IMG/VR virus record: IMGVR_UViG_3300042934_000547
Coordinates: 1-64,000 of that record
DNA length: 64,000 nt
Source of the DNA: a virus
Strand: one strand, 5' to 3'
Each line of letters starts with the position of its first letter. The stretch's first letter is position 1. Shown here in pieces: positions 27,118 through 36,446 of this stretch. The notes under the pieces were generated by a model. The model did no database searches. It was given only the letters and a program-made list of their open reading frames with translations, and was not told where the DNA came from. A program made the translations under genes and the position numbers.

Positions 27118-27649
27118 GTGGCTTGTCTTCCTTTTTTATATTATTAATATTTATAACTTTTGATGTACCATCTTGGCTTGGCATAACAATAATATCAGGT
27201 ATGATACCAGCTAACCCAAATATTGATGACAAAAATGAATTTATAAGTTTATCACTATTTTCGTGTATTTCCGCACTTCCTTCACTTGATGCACATGCTC
27301 TGCAATCACATCCAGATAATTCATCCAAGTGTACTTTTTTCTTATTAATATCTTCTAAATACTTAACTTCGATGCCCTCTGATTCAGCATAAGCGATTTC
27401 AAATGACGTGTCATCCCCAATATAGCCGTGTTTATTGATGACAAATATTGCATCAGATCTTTTAATCTTTTCCATATGTATCAATTCTAGTAAATTACGC
27501 TGATCCCTATTTAGGGTTTCTCCATTATTAAAAACGCCAACAGGAAAAACAATATTACCTTCTAATGTCAATTTTTCATAAGCCTCTTGTATTTCTTTTT
27601 TAAATCTCGTACTACCACAGATAGTAATAGTCTTGTGTGTTAAACCCAT
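27110..27649 (-). CDS. nucleoside 2-deoxyribosyltransferase-like fold protein with Cys-rich C-terminal extension (tentative)
   Basis: ITICGSTRFKKE...GNIVFPV...IKRSDAIFVINKHGYIGDDTSFEIAYAES fits the NDT-like family pattern. TAGGAGGAAG RBS. Confidence 0.45.
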   Translation of the reverse strand: MGLTHKTITICGSTRFKKEIQEAYEKLTLEGNIVFPVGVFNNGETLNRDQRNLLELIHMEKIKRSDAIFVINKHGYIGDDTSFEIAYAESEGIEVKYLEDINKKKVHLDELSGCDCRACASSEGSAEIHENSDKLINSFLSSIFGLAGIIPDIIVMPSQDGTSKVININNIKKEDKPRE

Positions 27650-27680
27650 TTGTCTTCCTCCTAAAAATTATTATTATTAT

Positions 27681-27701
27681 TCAAATATATAATATATATC
27701 T
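27681..27701 (-). promoter_or_regulatory. phage promoter-like motif (copy 6)
   Basis: Gene-strand AGATATATATTATATATTTGA, 32 nt upstream of ATG 27649. Confidence 0.5.
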
Positions 27702-27762
27702 AAATTATAGTTTGAATATTGTTAAAACTATATTATAAGTATTAAATCACAAGGAGGAAGTT

Positions 27763-28611
27763 ATGTTACCATTTTATATGCCAAATGAATTGTTAGAATA
27801 TAGTGAGATATATGATAATATGCTACAAGAAGTACTATCAGAGAATCTTGGAGAAGCTTTTGAGATATGGAGGAGTGAAGTAATAAAAAATCGGGATAAT
27901 AAAGTTGAATTAGAGAAACTTGGGTGGAATTATAGATATAGCCCTATCACTGAGGAAGGTATCAATAAGTCTGAATTAGTATTTAATTCTAAGCTGAATC
28001 TTAATTATGTCTTAGTAGAAGACATAAAGGATATGGTTACGACTGAATTAACACCGGTATTCATAGTTATCACTGGTAATAACTCACTGGTTGCTAAAGG
28101 AATTAAATTTGTTACTAATTCTAAGTATAGCCATGTGAGCTTATCCTTTCACGAGAATTTAGATAGATTATATAGCTTTGGTCTTGACCTAAGTGGTAAG
28201 GTCGGATTTGCCATTGAGAATTTCCAAAAGACATTTATGAAGGATAAAAAGTTCGATCCTGATTTAAAGGTTTTTTGTGTATTAGTTCCTAAGCAACAAG
28301 CTAAACAAATGAAACTTAAACTTGATACAATACTAGCTAGAAAAGATAAACTTGGGTATTCTTATATTGGTATAATGGGATATCTATTTAATAAAAACAT
28401 CAATATATCAGATAAGATGTTTTGTAGCCAATTTGTAGATTCAATGTTTAAGTTTGTCGGAATTGATTTAACCCATAAACCATCCGGATTAGTTAGTCCT
28501 GATGATTTAAGTAATATTAAATCTGATAAAGACATGCATATATTTAAATTATTTGAAGGTAAAGCATCTGAATACGATTATAATAAATTAAAACTTAAAG
28601 CTGCTATTTAG
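27763..28611 (+). CDS. permuted papain-like (YiiX/C92-type) cysteine peptidase/amidase (tentative)
   Basis: SKYSHVSLSF (His) precedes DKMFCSQFVD (Cys), the permuted NlpC/P60 order. AAGGAGGAAG RBS. Confidence 0.45.
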   Translation: MLPFYMPNELLEYSEIYDNMLQEVLSENLGEAFEIWRSEVIKNRDNKVELEKLGWNYRYSPITEEGINKSELVFNSKLNLNYVLVEDIKDMVTTELTPVFIVITGNNSLVAKGIKFVTNSKYSHVSLSFHENLDRLYSFGLDLSGKVGFAIENFQKTFMKDKKFDPDLKVFCVLVPKQQAKQMKLKLDTILARKDKLGYSYIGIMGYLFNKNINISDKMFCSQFVDSMFKFVGIDLTHKPSGLVSPDDLSNIKSDKDMHIFKLFEGKASEYDYNKLKLKAAI

Positions 28612-28623
28612 AAAAAAGAATAA

Positions 28624-28645
28624 GGGTAGACTTATAAGTCTACCC
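28624..28645. terminator. bidirectional palindromic terminator
   Basis: GGGTAGACTTATAAGTCTACCC flanked by an A-run and TATATTTTTAT, between convergent genes. Confidence 0.75.
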
Positions 28646-28652
28646 TATATTT

Positions 28653-29444
28653 TTATACTGTAAACATGATTGGTATAAATTGATTACCAGCGGTAATAAA
28701 TGTATCTTTTAACAACTTAACAAAATCTTTGCGGTTATTCTGAGCTTGTGCCCAATCATCCATTTTAAGATCTATATTACCACCGTATATTGATTCAAGT
28801 CCATCGAAGAACTTTAACTCTTGATATAAAAAGTCCTGTAAATCGAATAGACATAATTCCTCAAACGTTTCCATCTTCATAGGTGATATAGTTATAAGAT
28901 CCTGATGTTCTACATATAGTAGTAATGTAAGAGTTTCCATACATTTAATTACATCCTGATAGTTACCGGCGGTTACTCTTATCTTATTTGGCTTAACGAA
29001 TTCAATCCTTAATCCATTATTATATAAACTAGCCAAATCTGAGAATCCCTGTTGTAATCCTATATCTAATGGACTATATGAACCAATATCATTCATATAA
29101 CTTCCAGTAACCCCATATGGATTTAAGGAAAATTCCTTTAGAAATCTTTCTTTTGATAAGTCTCTTAGACCAATGATATCAACTCTTCCCGGAAGCCTAT
29201 GTTCATCAATATAGTAAAAGTTCGATGGTACTCCATCATCAGCTCTCGCAACTTTATCCCTACTTGGTATTAATACATATTCAATTTGGTGAGGATATAA
29301 TCTACTAAATGATGGCAATGTAATAGGTTTAATACAATTATCCCACCAAGTATCTTTATTGATTTCTTTAGGTAGATTCATCAATCTAGTACCAAGACGT
29401 CTCTCCATCTTTTTTATTAAGTCACTAATGTTATTATCATACAT
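28653..29444 (-). CDS. hypothetical protein (263 aa), possibly head-associated
   Basis: GTGAGGTGA RBS. Immediately downstream of the prohead protease gene. Confidence 0.6.
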   Translation of the reverse strand: MYDNNISDLIKKMERRLGTRLMNLPKEINKDTWWDNCIKPITLPSFSRLYPHQIEYVLIPSRDKVARADDGVPSNFYYIDEHRLPGRVDIIGLRDLSKERFLKEFSLNPYGVTGSYMNDIGSYSPLDIGLQQGFSDLASLYNNGLRIEFVKPNKIRVTAGNYQDVIKCMETLTLLLYVEHQDLITISPMKMETFEELCLFDLQDFLYQELKFFDGLESIYGGNIDLKMDDWAQAQNNRKDFVKLLKDTFITAGNQFIPIMFTV

Positions 29445-29462
29445 CCTCGGTTCACCTCACTA

Positions 29463-30284
29463 CTAAATTAAAGAGTCGTATATTTGTTTAGTCACATAAT
29501 CTTCCAATCTAATTACGATTTTTTCATCATCATTAGCTATAGTCATATATTTACCATCTTTAGAAACTGTTTGAATTGGGAAAGCATATTCTAATAAGTT
29601 TGTAATTAGCTTAACTTCTTTAGATTCAGATGTAATAAATTCTTTTACAGCTGCTTCCTGTAATAGTATTAATTCACATGATTCTTTTAATGATTTCGAT
29701 TCTGAAGGTGTTCCACCTAATATCTTAGTCATATAAGCTGTCTTATGACTAGGGAATACTACCCAGTCCCATGTGATTATTTTTAGATCTCTTACACATG
29801 CACCTTTTGATGTTTGTTCAAGTCCACCTAAGGCTCTCATAGAGAATGCTGGTATAAGTCCACCATACACGATTTCATTATGAAATGCTGTTCCAACAGG
29901 CATATAAGATGCTCTCACAATACCCATAACCTGCTTGCCTTGAGTCCATGTTTTGACAATTGCATGAGAAGCTCTGTCTTGAATTACTTTAGCCTGTCTA
30001 GCTAATGATGGATCATCTGGATGGGCTACTTCCCCATATAGTCCCTTTGTGTTGATTAATTCTGTTAATCTGTCATCGTTCAATGCAGGGAATAATGTTT
30101 TTTGTTCATATATTCTTCTATTTCTATTTAACCAATCAGCATCGATAAGTCCAGTTTCAATATGAACTCTATCCATACCCTTCTTATCGATACCATCATC
30201 AGCTTCCTTCAAAATTCTCATTTTTGTTTCTGGAACAAGAGAAGTTTCGTTTATTATATACATAGCATTTAATGATTTGCTCAT
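29463..30284 (-). CDS. prohead protease, T4 gp21-like
   Basis: NRNRRIYEQKTLFPAL, GLYGEVAHPDD (gp21 GEL.HP His motif) and IPAFSMRALGG (gp21 S-x-R-G Ser motif). AAGGAGGAAA RBS. Confidence 0.65.
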   Translation of the reverse strand: MSKSLNAMYIINETSLVPETKMRILKEADDGIDKKGMDRVHIETGLIDADWLNRNRRIYEQKTLFPALNDDRLTELINTKGLYGEVAHPDDPSLARQAKVIQDRASHAIVKTWTQGKQVMGIVRASYMPVGTAFHNEIVYGGLIPAFSMRALGGLEQTSKGACVRDLKIITWDWVVFPSHKTAYMTKILGGTPSESKSLKESCELILLQEAAVKEFITSESKEVKLITNLLEYAFPIQTVSKDGKYMTIANDDEKIVIRLEDYVTKQIYDSLI

Positions 30285-30404
30285 GATTTTTCCTCCTTAA
30301 ATAACATTATTAGATAGTTTAAACTATAAAAACGTACAGCGTAGCTATAATGAATTAAAAGACAAAACATCTAAATAAATGAAATAATTAGGAGGAAATA
30401 TAAA

Positions 30405-32543
30405 ATGAGTAATCCAGAATATTTAAAATTAATGACTTTCTTTGTTAAACCAAGCGTAACTCCCCTAACTAAAGAAGCTATTAGGAATCTTTTAGATACA
30501 GATAAACCATTGGATTTAAAATCTACTATAAATCATTGGAGAGAATATGACCCAGATCCAAATCTAGCATTCGGAATGTTGATGAACCGAATAAATAACG
30601 CTGATAAAGAACTTGAGAATTCATCTATAGAACAAATAGATGAAAAAACTCTAAAATATTTTAATAACATAGACCAGTTCGATATTAAAACAGCATTACG
30701 AGATACATCTTATTGGTGTGCTGAATTTGATGATGAGCTTAGTGTTGTTAAACAGGCAAAAGAAAAAATATCTGAATACCTAAAGCATCTATCAGAAGCA
30801 CATATCTACAGAAGTAATAACGATAAGATGTATAAAAAACTAGATTTCTTTTCTTATACAGAAACGTACAGAATGTATGAAGACGAAGAATTTGCTTATG
30901 AAGGTATATATGCTATGGTAGAGGCTTTAGATAAATTATATTCTAAAGTACCAGTACATAACAAGATTACTTTATTTACTGAATTTGCTTTTGATTTAGT
31001 AAATAGAAAGGCTTTACCGATATCAGAAGATAAAGCAGTAGGTGTTATTAGAGAATACTTCTATCATCAGCGTAATATAAATGAAGATACAATCGAGATA
31101 TACGCTAATAAAAGTTTAGTTTATAAATCACAAGATGGAGAGAATCCTGCATTTATAACACAAGCTGATGATTTAAACGATTATGACGATGATAATTTAC
31201 TATTTGAAGCTGTAATTGGAATACATGAATCCAAAAAGAATATAGGTAAGTCAGCATCTCCAGCTAAAAAGAAAAATCCTTACACAACTTTAATGGAATA
31301 CTTCAGTAAAGGTTCTAAGGTAACTAAAGAAGGATTAAAATCAGTACTATACAGTATTTATGGTACTAATTCCGATTCTATAATTAATGATACCCCTAAT
31401 TTATTAGGTGTAGTGAGAAGGGGGTTAACTGTTGTTGGAGCAGCATCATTATCGCTTTGGTTAGTATTACCAGTATTATTGATTGATATGGCTTTTGCTA
31501 ATAAAGTTGATAAAGAACAAACTGGCAAACTTTTAAAGAAAGTTCAGAAAGAACAATCTAAGGTTAAAACTCAATTAAATGACAGCAAAATTTCTGATAA
31601 GAAAAAAGAAAATCTAAAAGAATACCAGAAAGTTCTAAAACAACAAGAAGAACGTATTAGATCTCATAGAACTCAAACTATGAGTGAAAGGGAAAATGAT
31701 AAAGAGTTGTATGATAACACTGATACTGATGACGAATTTGATTTTGACCTAGATGAAATGTGTTCACCTGAAGATGACAGATTGATTCCAGTTCAGGAAG
31801 AAGCTGAAATCATTTTAGAATATTGTGATATGGACTTAATGACAATGGTCGTTGCTGTTGCTGAAGCTACTGATGAACCTACAGAGGTTTTTCTAGAAAA
31901 AGCTAAAATCGTTGTTAAGAAAACCAAAGAAAATATGCAGAAAAGAACTTTTGCAGATAAAATAAAAGATAAAAAAGATGAAGCCTTAAAGAATATGGAT
32001 GAAAATAAACGTAAGGCTTACATTAAATCTAAAGAAATGAAAACTGGTACAAAATTAGTTGCTAATCAAATAGCAACTAAAACTAAATCTATAACTGAGA
32101 AGGAAAAAGAGCTATCTAGAAAACTTGATGACCAAGTTGATTTAACGATGATGAAAGTTAAAAAAGGATTGGAAAATAATAGAAGAGATGCTGTTATTAA
32201 AGGTTCTATCGTCCCATCGTTCAGTAAAACTGTAAAGCTGGGGATAGTATTAGCCGGGATTGCTGCTATTGACCCAGTATTAGGTGTGATAGGGGCAGTT
32301 GGTGGATTATTAGCTTCTAAGAAGTTAAACGACCGTCAGAAGTTTTTATTATTAGATGAAATAGAAATTCATCTTAAAGTTACAGAAGAAAAAATAGAGA
32401 AAGCTAAATCTAGTGGAGACACTAAAGCTTTAACTGACTTATATAGAATTCAAGCCAAATTAAGACGTGAAAAAAATAGAATTAATTATGGTAAACGTGG
32501 AAACTATATAAGAACTATGGATGACGGTAAAGACGAAGATTAA
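30405..32543 (+). CDS. large coiled-coil protein with two hydrophobic segments (712 aa)
   Basis: TAGGAGGAAA RBS. Hydrophobic segments are VVGAASLSLWLVLPVLLIDMAF and LGIVLAGIAAIDPVLGVIGAVGGLLA. Long Lys/Glu-rich helices. Function unknown (internal virion, scaffold or tape-measure-like?). Confidence 0.65.
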   Translation: MSNPEYLKLMTFFVKPSVTPLTKEAIRNLLDTDKPLDLKSTINHWREYDPDPNLAFGMLMNRINNADKELENSSIEQIDEKTLKYFNNIDQFDIKTALRDTSYWCAEFDDELSVVKQAKEKISEYLKHLSEAHIYRSNNDKMYKKLDFFSYTETYRMYEDEEFAYEGIYAMVEALDKLYSKVPVHNKITLFTEFAFDLVNRKALPISEDKAVGVIREYFYHQRNINEDTIEIYANKSLVYKSQDGENPAFITQADDLNDYDDDNLLFEAVIGIHESKKNIGKSASPAKKKNPYTTLMEYFSKGSKVTKEGLKSVLYSIYGTNSDSIINDTPNLLGVVRRGLTVVGAASLSLWLVLPVLLIDMAFANKVDKEQTGKLLKKVQKEQSKVKTQLNDSKISDKKKENLKEYQKVLKQQEERIRSHRTQTMSERENDKELYDNTDTDDEFDFDLDEMCSPEDDRLIPVQEEAEIILEYCDMDLMTMVVAVAEATDEPTEVFLEKAKIVVKKTKENMQKRTFADKIKDKKDEALKNMDENKRKAYIKSKEMKTGTKLVANQIATKTKSITEKEKELSRKLDDQVDLTMMKVKKGLENNRRDAVIKGSIVPSFSKTVKLGIVLAGIAAIDPVLGVIGAVGGLLASKKLNDRQKFLLLDEIEIHLKVTEEKIEKAKSSGDTKALTDLYRIQAKLRREKNRINYGKRGNYIRTMDDGKDED

Positions 32544-32557
32544 AAAAAAAATAAATC

Positions 32558-32580
32558 AGGGTATGCGTTATGCATACCCT
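32558..32580. terminator. bidirectional terminator
   Basis: AGGGTATGC-gttat-GCATACCCT flanked by an A-run and AATCTTTTTT. Confidence 0.75.
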
Positions 32581-32596
32581 AATCTTTTTTAAAAAT

Positions 32597-33013
32597 TTAT
32601 TTATTGATAATCTTTGTTTTTGCAAAGAATTGGTCAATCCTTTCACATGTTGAAATAATATTCGAAGCACAGAGAGAAAACTCTTGTTCTGTTGTTTCTA
32701 ATTGATTCATCAATGCAAATTGTCTTAATGATGAATTTAATATGTACTTAAAGTAATTCCATGTATTAGAATCTCTCCTGTTTATTAAATCTTCGATATT
32801 GATCAAGTTCATTGCTTGAGTTAAGAATATTCCGTAATTGTTATAAGGGATTTCTTTCCCCTTAGCTAACACATTTGCATATGTCAGTAAATCTGTTTGT
32901 ACTAACGTACGGATAATTCCCGGAACATGACCAGTATTACACTGACCAATGTTTTCCACATACTTATTTTCTGGTATTACTGCCACTCCATTTAATTCTT
33001 TTAACTTTGCCAT
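32597..33013 (-). CDS. hypothetical protein (138 aa)
   Basis: TAGGAGGA RBS. Start overlaps the upstream stop. Confidence 0.6.
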   Translation of the reverse strand: MAKLKELNGVAVIPENKYVENIGQCNTGHVPGIIRTLVQTDLLTYANVLAKGKEIPYNNYGIFLTQAMNLINIEDLINRRDSNTWNYFKYILNSSLRQFALMNQLETTEQEFSLCASNIISTCERIDQFFAKTKIINK

Positions 33014-33753
33014 TATAATCCTCCTAATTGTTTGTCTAACGACATTTCTTGTTGTTCCCCTCTGGGAACTCTTGAGCTTACTTTAGTCATAATATCTGAT
33101 TGAGAATTACTTCTCATATCTGTATTGAGTCTTATTCTCTTAATCACATTAGGTTTCCCTATATAATTAATCATTATTTGTGCTGATTGGAACATGTTAA
33201 ATCCATCTATGTAATACTTAAATCCCATAAATGAACTCACTGATAAATCTATGAAAGTTAATTTACCTCCTAAATTTATCCTAATCCCTTCAACCCTTCT
33301 ATCAAATTCATCCACAATACATGGAGTAAATTCTAAGATAATATTATTAAAAGTTTTTAACTGTAATGGTTGTAAATTTTGCATATATACAGTTAATTCT
33401 TTTTGTTTATTATATACAAAAAGATTCTTATATTTAGTATCTAAGAACCATTTCATACAATTATCTAAAACCATTCTTAATGGTATCATATCATTTGCTG
33501 TAATTTGAATCCATGGTTTTTGACCATCATATTTAAGCATTTCTATTGTTAAATATGATTGAAAGTTTCTCTTTAATGAAATTAAATCACCAGCATTGTT
33601 ATACTTATCTCCATCATAAACATATTCAGTATGATAATGATTTCGATTATTTGATTTATCTTTTCTAGCTAATGATACATTAAATCGCAATAATGCATTA
33701 TTCCCTAAGAAACATACATCATCACTAATTTTTTCATACTGAATGTTATCCAT
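33013..33753 (-). CDS. hypothetical protein (246 aa)
   Basis: AAGGAG RBS. Confidence 0.6.
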   Translation of the reverse strand: MDNIQYEKISDDVCFLGNNALLRFNVSLARKDKSNNRNHYHTEYVYDGDKYNNAGDLISLKRNFQSYLTIEMLKYDGQKPWIQITANDMIPLRMVLDNCMKWFLDTKYKNLFVYNKQKELTVYMQNLQPLQLKTFNNIILEFTPCIVDEFDRRVEGIRINLGGKLTFIDLSVSSFMGFKYYIDGFNMFQSAQIMINYIGKPNVIKRIRLNTDMRSNSQSDIMTKVSSRVPRGEQQEMSLDKQLGGL

Positions 33754-33814
33754 TACAAACTCCTTAAATCATATTACATTATAGTTTTACCAAATATAAA
33801 ATATGATTTTAGGG

Positions 33815-34210
33815 CTATTTATTATGGATAAGTTCCACGGGTTCTGTTTTATATGCAACTAATAAAGGTTCATTAAGTTTCTTAATTTTGTCCTTATATA
33901 CAAGTTCCATTTTCTCTATGATATCTAATTTATATCTAGATATCATTTCTTCAAGGGATAATGTTGGTAATTCATTGAAGGTTATTTTACCTAAATAAAA
34001 TCTATTAAGATGACCTTTAACTATTACAACAAATCCATAATATTCATCCCATACTTTAACAGATACATTTTTGTCATCAACGATGTCTGGGGTGAGTTCA
34101 CAGTTAGTTAAAAAATGCGATATTATTGTATCATCCTTAAAATAATTATTAACTAGATTAACTGCTTGAATGTAATTCTTTATTACTTCTTTTGTGATTT
34201 TCGTTTTCAT
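33815..34210 (-). CDS. hypothetical protein (131 aa)
   Basis: AAGGGAGA RBS. Confidence 0.6.
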   Translation of the reverse strand: MKTKITKEVIKNYIQAVNLVNNYFKDDTIISHFLTNCELTPDIVDDKNVSVKVWDEYYGFVVIVKGHLNRFYLGKITFNELPTLSLEEMISRYKLDIIEKMELVYKDKIKKLNEPLLVAYKTEPVELIHNK

Positions 34211-34241
34211 ATTTTTATTGTCTCCCTTTCTATCTCCTTCG

Positions 34242-34802
34242 TTATTTTAATATTTCAATTATTTCCTTATTAAATTTAATCCATATGATTGGAAACCATC
34301 TATATGCAAATTTATCTGCATATAATTCATTATATAAATTGTGATATCTAATCACTGAATTTAATTTAGGTTTTGTTCCGCTTAACATTAATCCTGTTGC
34401 GTTTGAAATCATAGTAGCCTGAAATGGATTTTTAAATAATGTACATTGGTCGACGTGACCAAATTCATGTAATGTACTAAATAAATAGTATGCAGAATAA
34501 TGTAATTCTAATGATATTTTCATATCATTAAAATAATCAGATAATCCAAAATGTTTATTATCCATCAATTCTGATTTATCACCCTTACTGAATTCAGTTT
34601 TATCATACAATTCTATTATATGATGATTATTGGTTGAGCTAGTAGATACAACAAATCTGCTTCCATATTCATAATCAATATTCATTGAATCTAATTTTAT
34701 TATTTTTTGTATTTCAGTTACCAAATTAATGATTTGTTTCCGTTGTGTAATATTAAGAGTTTTCAATTTTTTCTCCTTTATTATAAATTTCATTCTATTC
34801 AT
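34242..34802 (-). CDS. putative zinc metallopeptidase (HExxH)
   Basis: STLHEFGHVDQC contains HEFGH. The track ATG 34802 sits 3 nt from the promoter motif. An internal TTG at 34766 behind AAGGAG is an alternative start. Confidence 0.55.
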   Translation of the reverse strand: MNRMKFIIKEKKLKTLNITQRKQIINLVTEIQKIIKLDSMNIDYEYGSRFVVSTSSTNNHHIIELYDKTEFSKGDKSELMDNKHFGLSDYFNDMKISLELHYSAYYLFSTLHEFGHVDQCTLFKNPFQATMISNATGLMLSGTKPKLNSVIRYHNLYNELYADKFAYRWFPIIWIKFNKEIIEILK

Positions 34803-34819
34803 AGCTATAATATATACTT
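34799..34819 (-). promoter_or_regulatory. phage promoter-like motif (copy 7)
   Basis: Gene-strand AAGTATATATTATAGCTATGA. The ATG inside TATGA is the track start codon of 34242..34802. Confidence 0.5.
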
Positions 34820-34894
34820 ATTCTAGGATTTATTTACAGGTAGTAAAAACATTAATATAATGAAAATCAACCTAGATATAAGGAGGTTTTAAGA

Positions 34895-36439
34895 ATGGGT
34901 TTAAGTAGATTAAATGATCTCGAGATACTTGGTCAATTGTATGTGCGGGAGTTTATGAATAAAGCAACACTTACTACAGAAGGTGTGGTACAGTTAACAA
35001 GTGATTTAAACAATGTCAGCGAAACTTTAGCTCTAACAGCTAAGGGAGCAAAGGTATTAAATGATGCAATTAATGACAGAGTTAAAAAAGCTGGAGATAC
35101 TATGACAGGAGTTCTGTCATTATTTAGTGGTGCAAATTTATTACACGCTACAAATAAAATGAGTATCAATGCTCAAGATTCTGCCATCGGTAATATCAAT
35201 CAATTGATATTTAGTAATCATGCAACCAGTGTTTCTGGAATGGGTATATTATTCCTAAAAACTGATAAAATCGCAGGTAGTACTAATGTTGCTGATTATG
35301 ATAAGATGCGAATACACAATTCAATCCCATATTTTAATGACTTTGAATTAATATACCAGAATCCTGTAAGTAAAGATACAAGTTATTACACGAAAACTGG
35401 AACCGATAATGCAATTACTGCTGCTTTAGCTCAACTTGTTGATGGTTCTCAAGAGACATTAAATACGTTAAAAGAATTAGCAGATGCTATTGGTAATGAC
35501 CCTGATTTTGCTGCTAATATAGCTACTGAAGTTGCTAAAAAATTACCTAAAGCCGGTGGTACAATGACCGGTGATATAATTTTAGAGAATGCAGTTAAAT
35601 TAATTTTTCAGGATATTGATTCATTTATACATAAGTACAATAATGATACCATTTTGTATAGTACTACTGGGGCTGGCGGTCATCTATTTAATAATAATGT
35701 GAGTGTCGAAGGTGATATTTATACACTTAAAACTGTTGATGGAAATGTGATTAAATCAAAAGTATGGACAGTCGACACATTCAATCCAAGTGAATATTTC
35801 AAAAAGAGTGACGATTTTGAAATCACTGGTCCAATTATAAATAATGGAGTTGCTGGTGTAAGTAATACAATATTAGATTTTGGTTCACATACACCAACTG
35901 TTCCAGAGACAGATTATTACTGGAATATAAATTATTTAGGTGCTAATTCTGGAGTAGCTGGTAATCAATTTGAACTTAAATCAAATATCGGTGCATCATT
36001 ATTATTTGACCATCAGGGTGATTTAAGAGTTTCTAGGGATATATATACAAACGGTGACAGAAAAGTATGGGATTCTGAATCATGGAAACCAGATGCTTAT
36101 CTTGGAGCTATTAGTATTATTCAATTAGGTCAATATATTTCTTTAGGAGACCATACAGGTGCTGGACCATCAGATTTTGGTATAGTTGATTTGAGTGGTG
36201 AAATCCAATCAAAATTACTTATACACAATGTACCTACAGGTGAAACCGCCAAATTACTTTCTATGGAATTATCCACTAATAGTGGAACCCTATTTACTGA
36301 AATGATGACATTACTCCAAAACGGGTTATTGAAAATTAAGGGTGGTGTTGAAACAACAGAATATAAGTTTTCTGAAAGTAATAGTAAGATTGCTTATAAT
36401 AAGGTAACAAACTGCTTGGAATTTATAGTTAAGAGGTGA
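34895..36439 (+). CDS. tail fibre protein
   Basis: GVVQLTSDLNN.SETLALTAKGAKVLNDAI, KKAGDTMTGVL, ETLNTLKELADAIGNDPDFAANI and LPKAGGTMTGDI are classic phage tail-fibre N-terminal motifs. AAGGAGG RBS. TTTACA-17-TATAAT lies upstream. Confidence 0.8.
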   Translation: MGLSRLNDLEILGQLYVREFMNKATLTTEGVVQLTSDLNNVSETLALTAKGAKVLNDAINDRVKKAGDTMTGVLSLFSGANLLHATNKMSINAQDSAIGNINQLIFSNHATSVSGMGILFLKTDKIAGSTNVADYDKMRIHNSIPYFNDFELIYQNPVSKDTSYYTKTGTDNAITAALAQLVDGSQETLNTLKELADAIGNDPDFAANIATEVAKKLPKAGGTMTGDIILENAVKLIFQDIDSFIHKYNNDTILYSTTGAGGHLFNNNVSVEGDIYTLKTVDGNVIKSKVWTVDTFNPSEYFKKSDDFEITGPIINNGVAGVSNTILDFGSHTPTVPETDYYWNINYLGANSGVAGNQFELKSNIGASLLFDHQGDLRVSRDIYTNGDRKVWDSESWKPDAYLGAISIIQLGQYISLGDHTGAGPSDFGIVDLSGEIQSKLLIHNVPTGETAKLLSMELSTNSGTLFTEMMTLLQNGLLKIKGGVETTEYKFSESNSKIAYNKVTNCLEFIVKR

Positions 36440-36446
36440 TAAAACA

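Noticed and set aside
26988-27392. 134-aa plus-strand ORF in the track.
   Set aside because: It lies antisense to the 3' part of the well-supported NDT-like gene (27110-27649) and to the coupled 53-codon ORF. It has no RBS and a hydrophobic low-complexity translation typical of antisense AT-rich frames.
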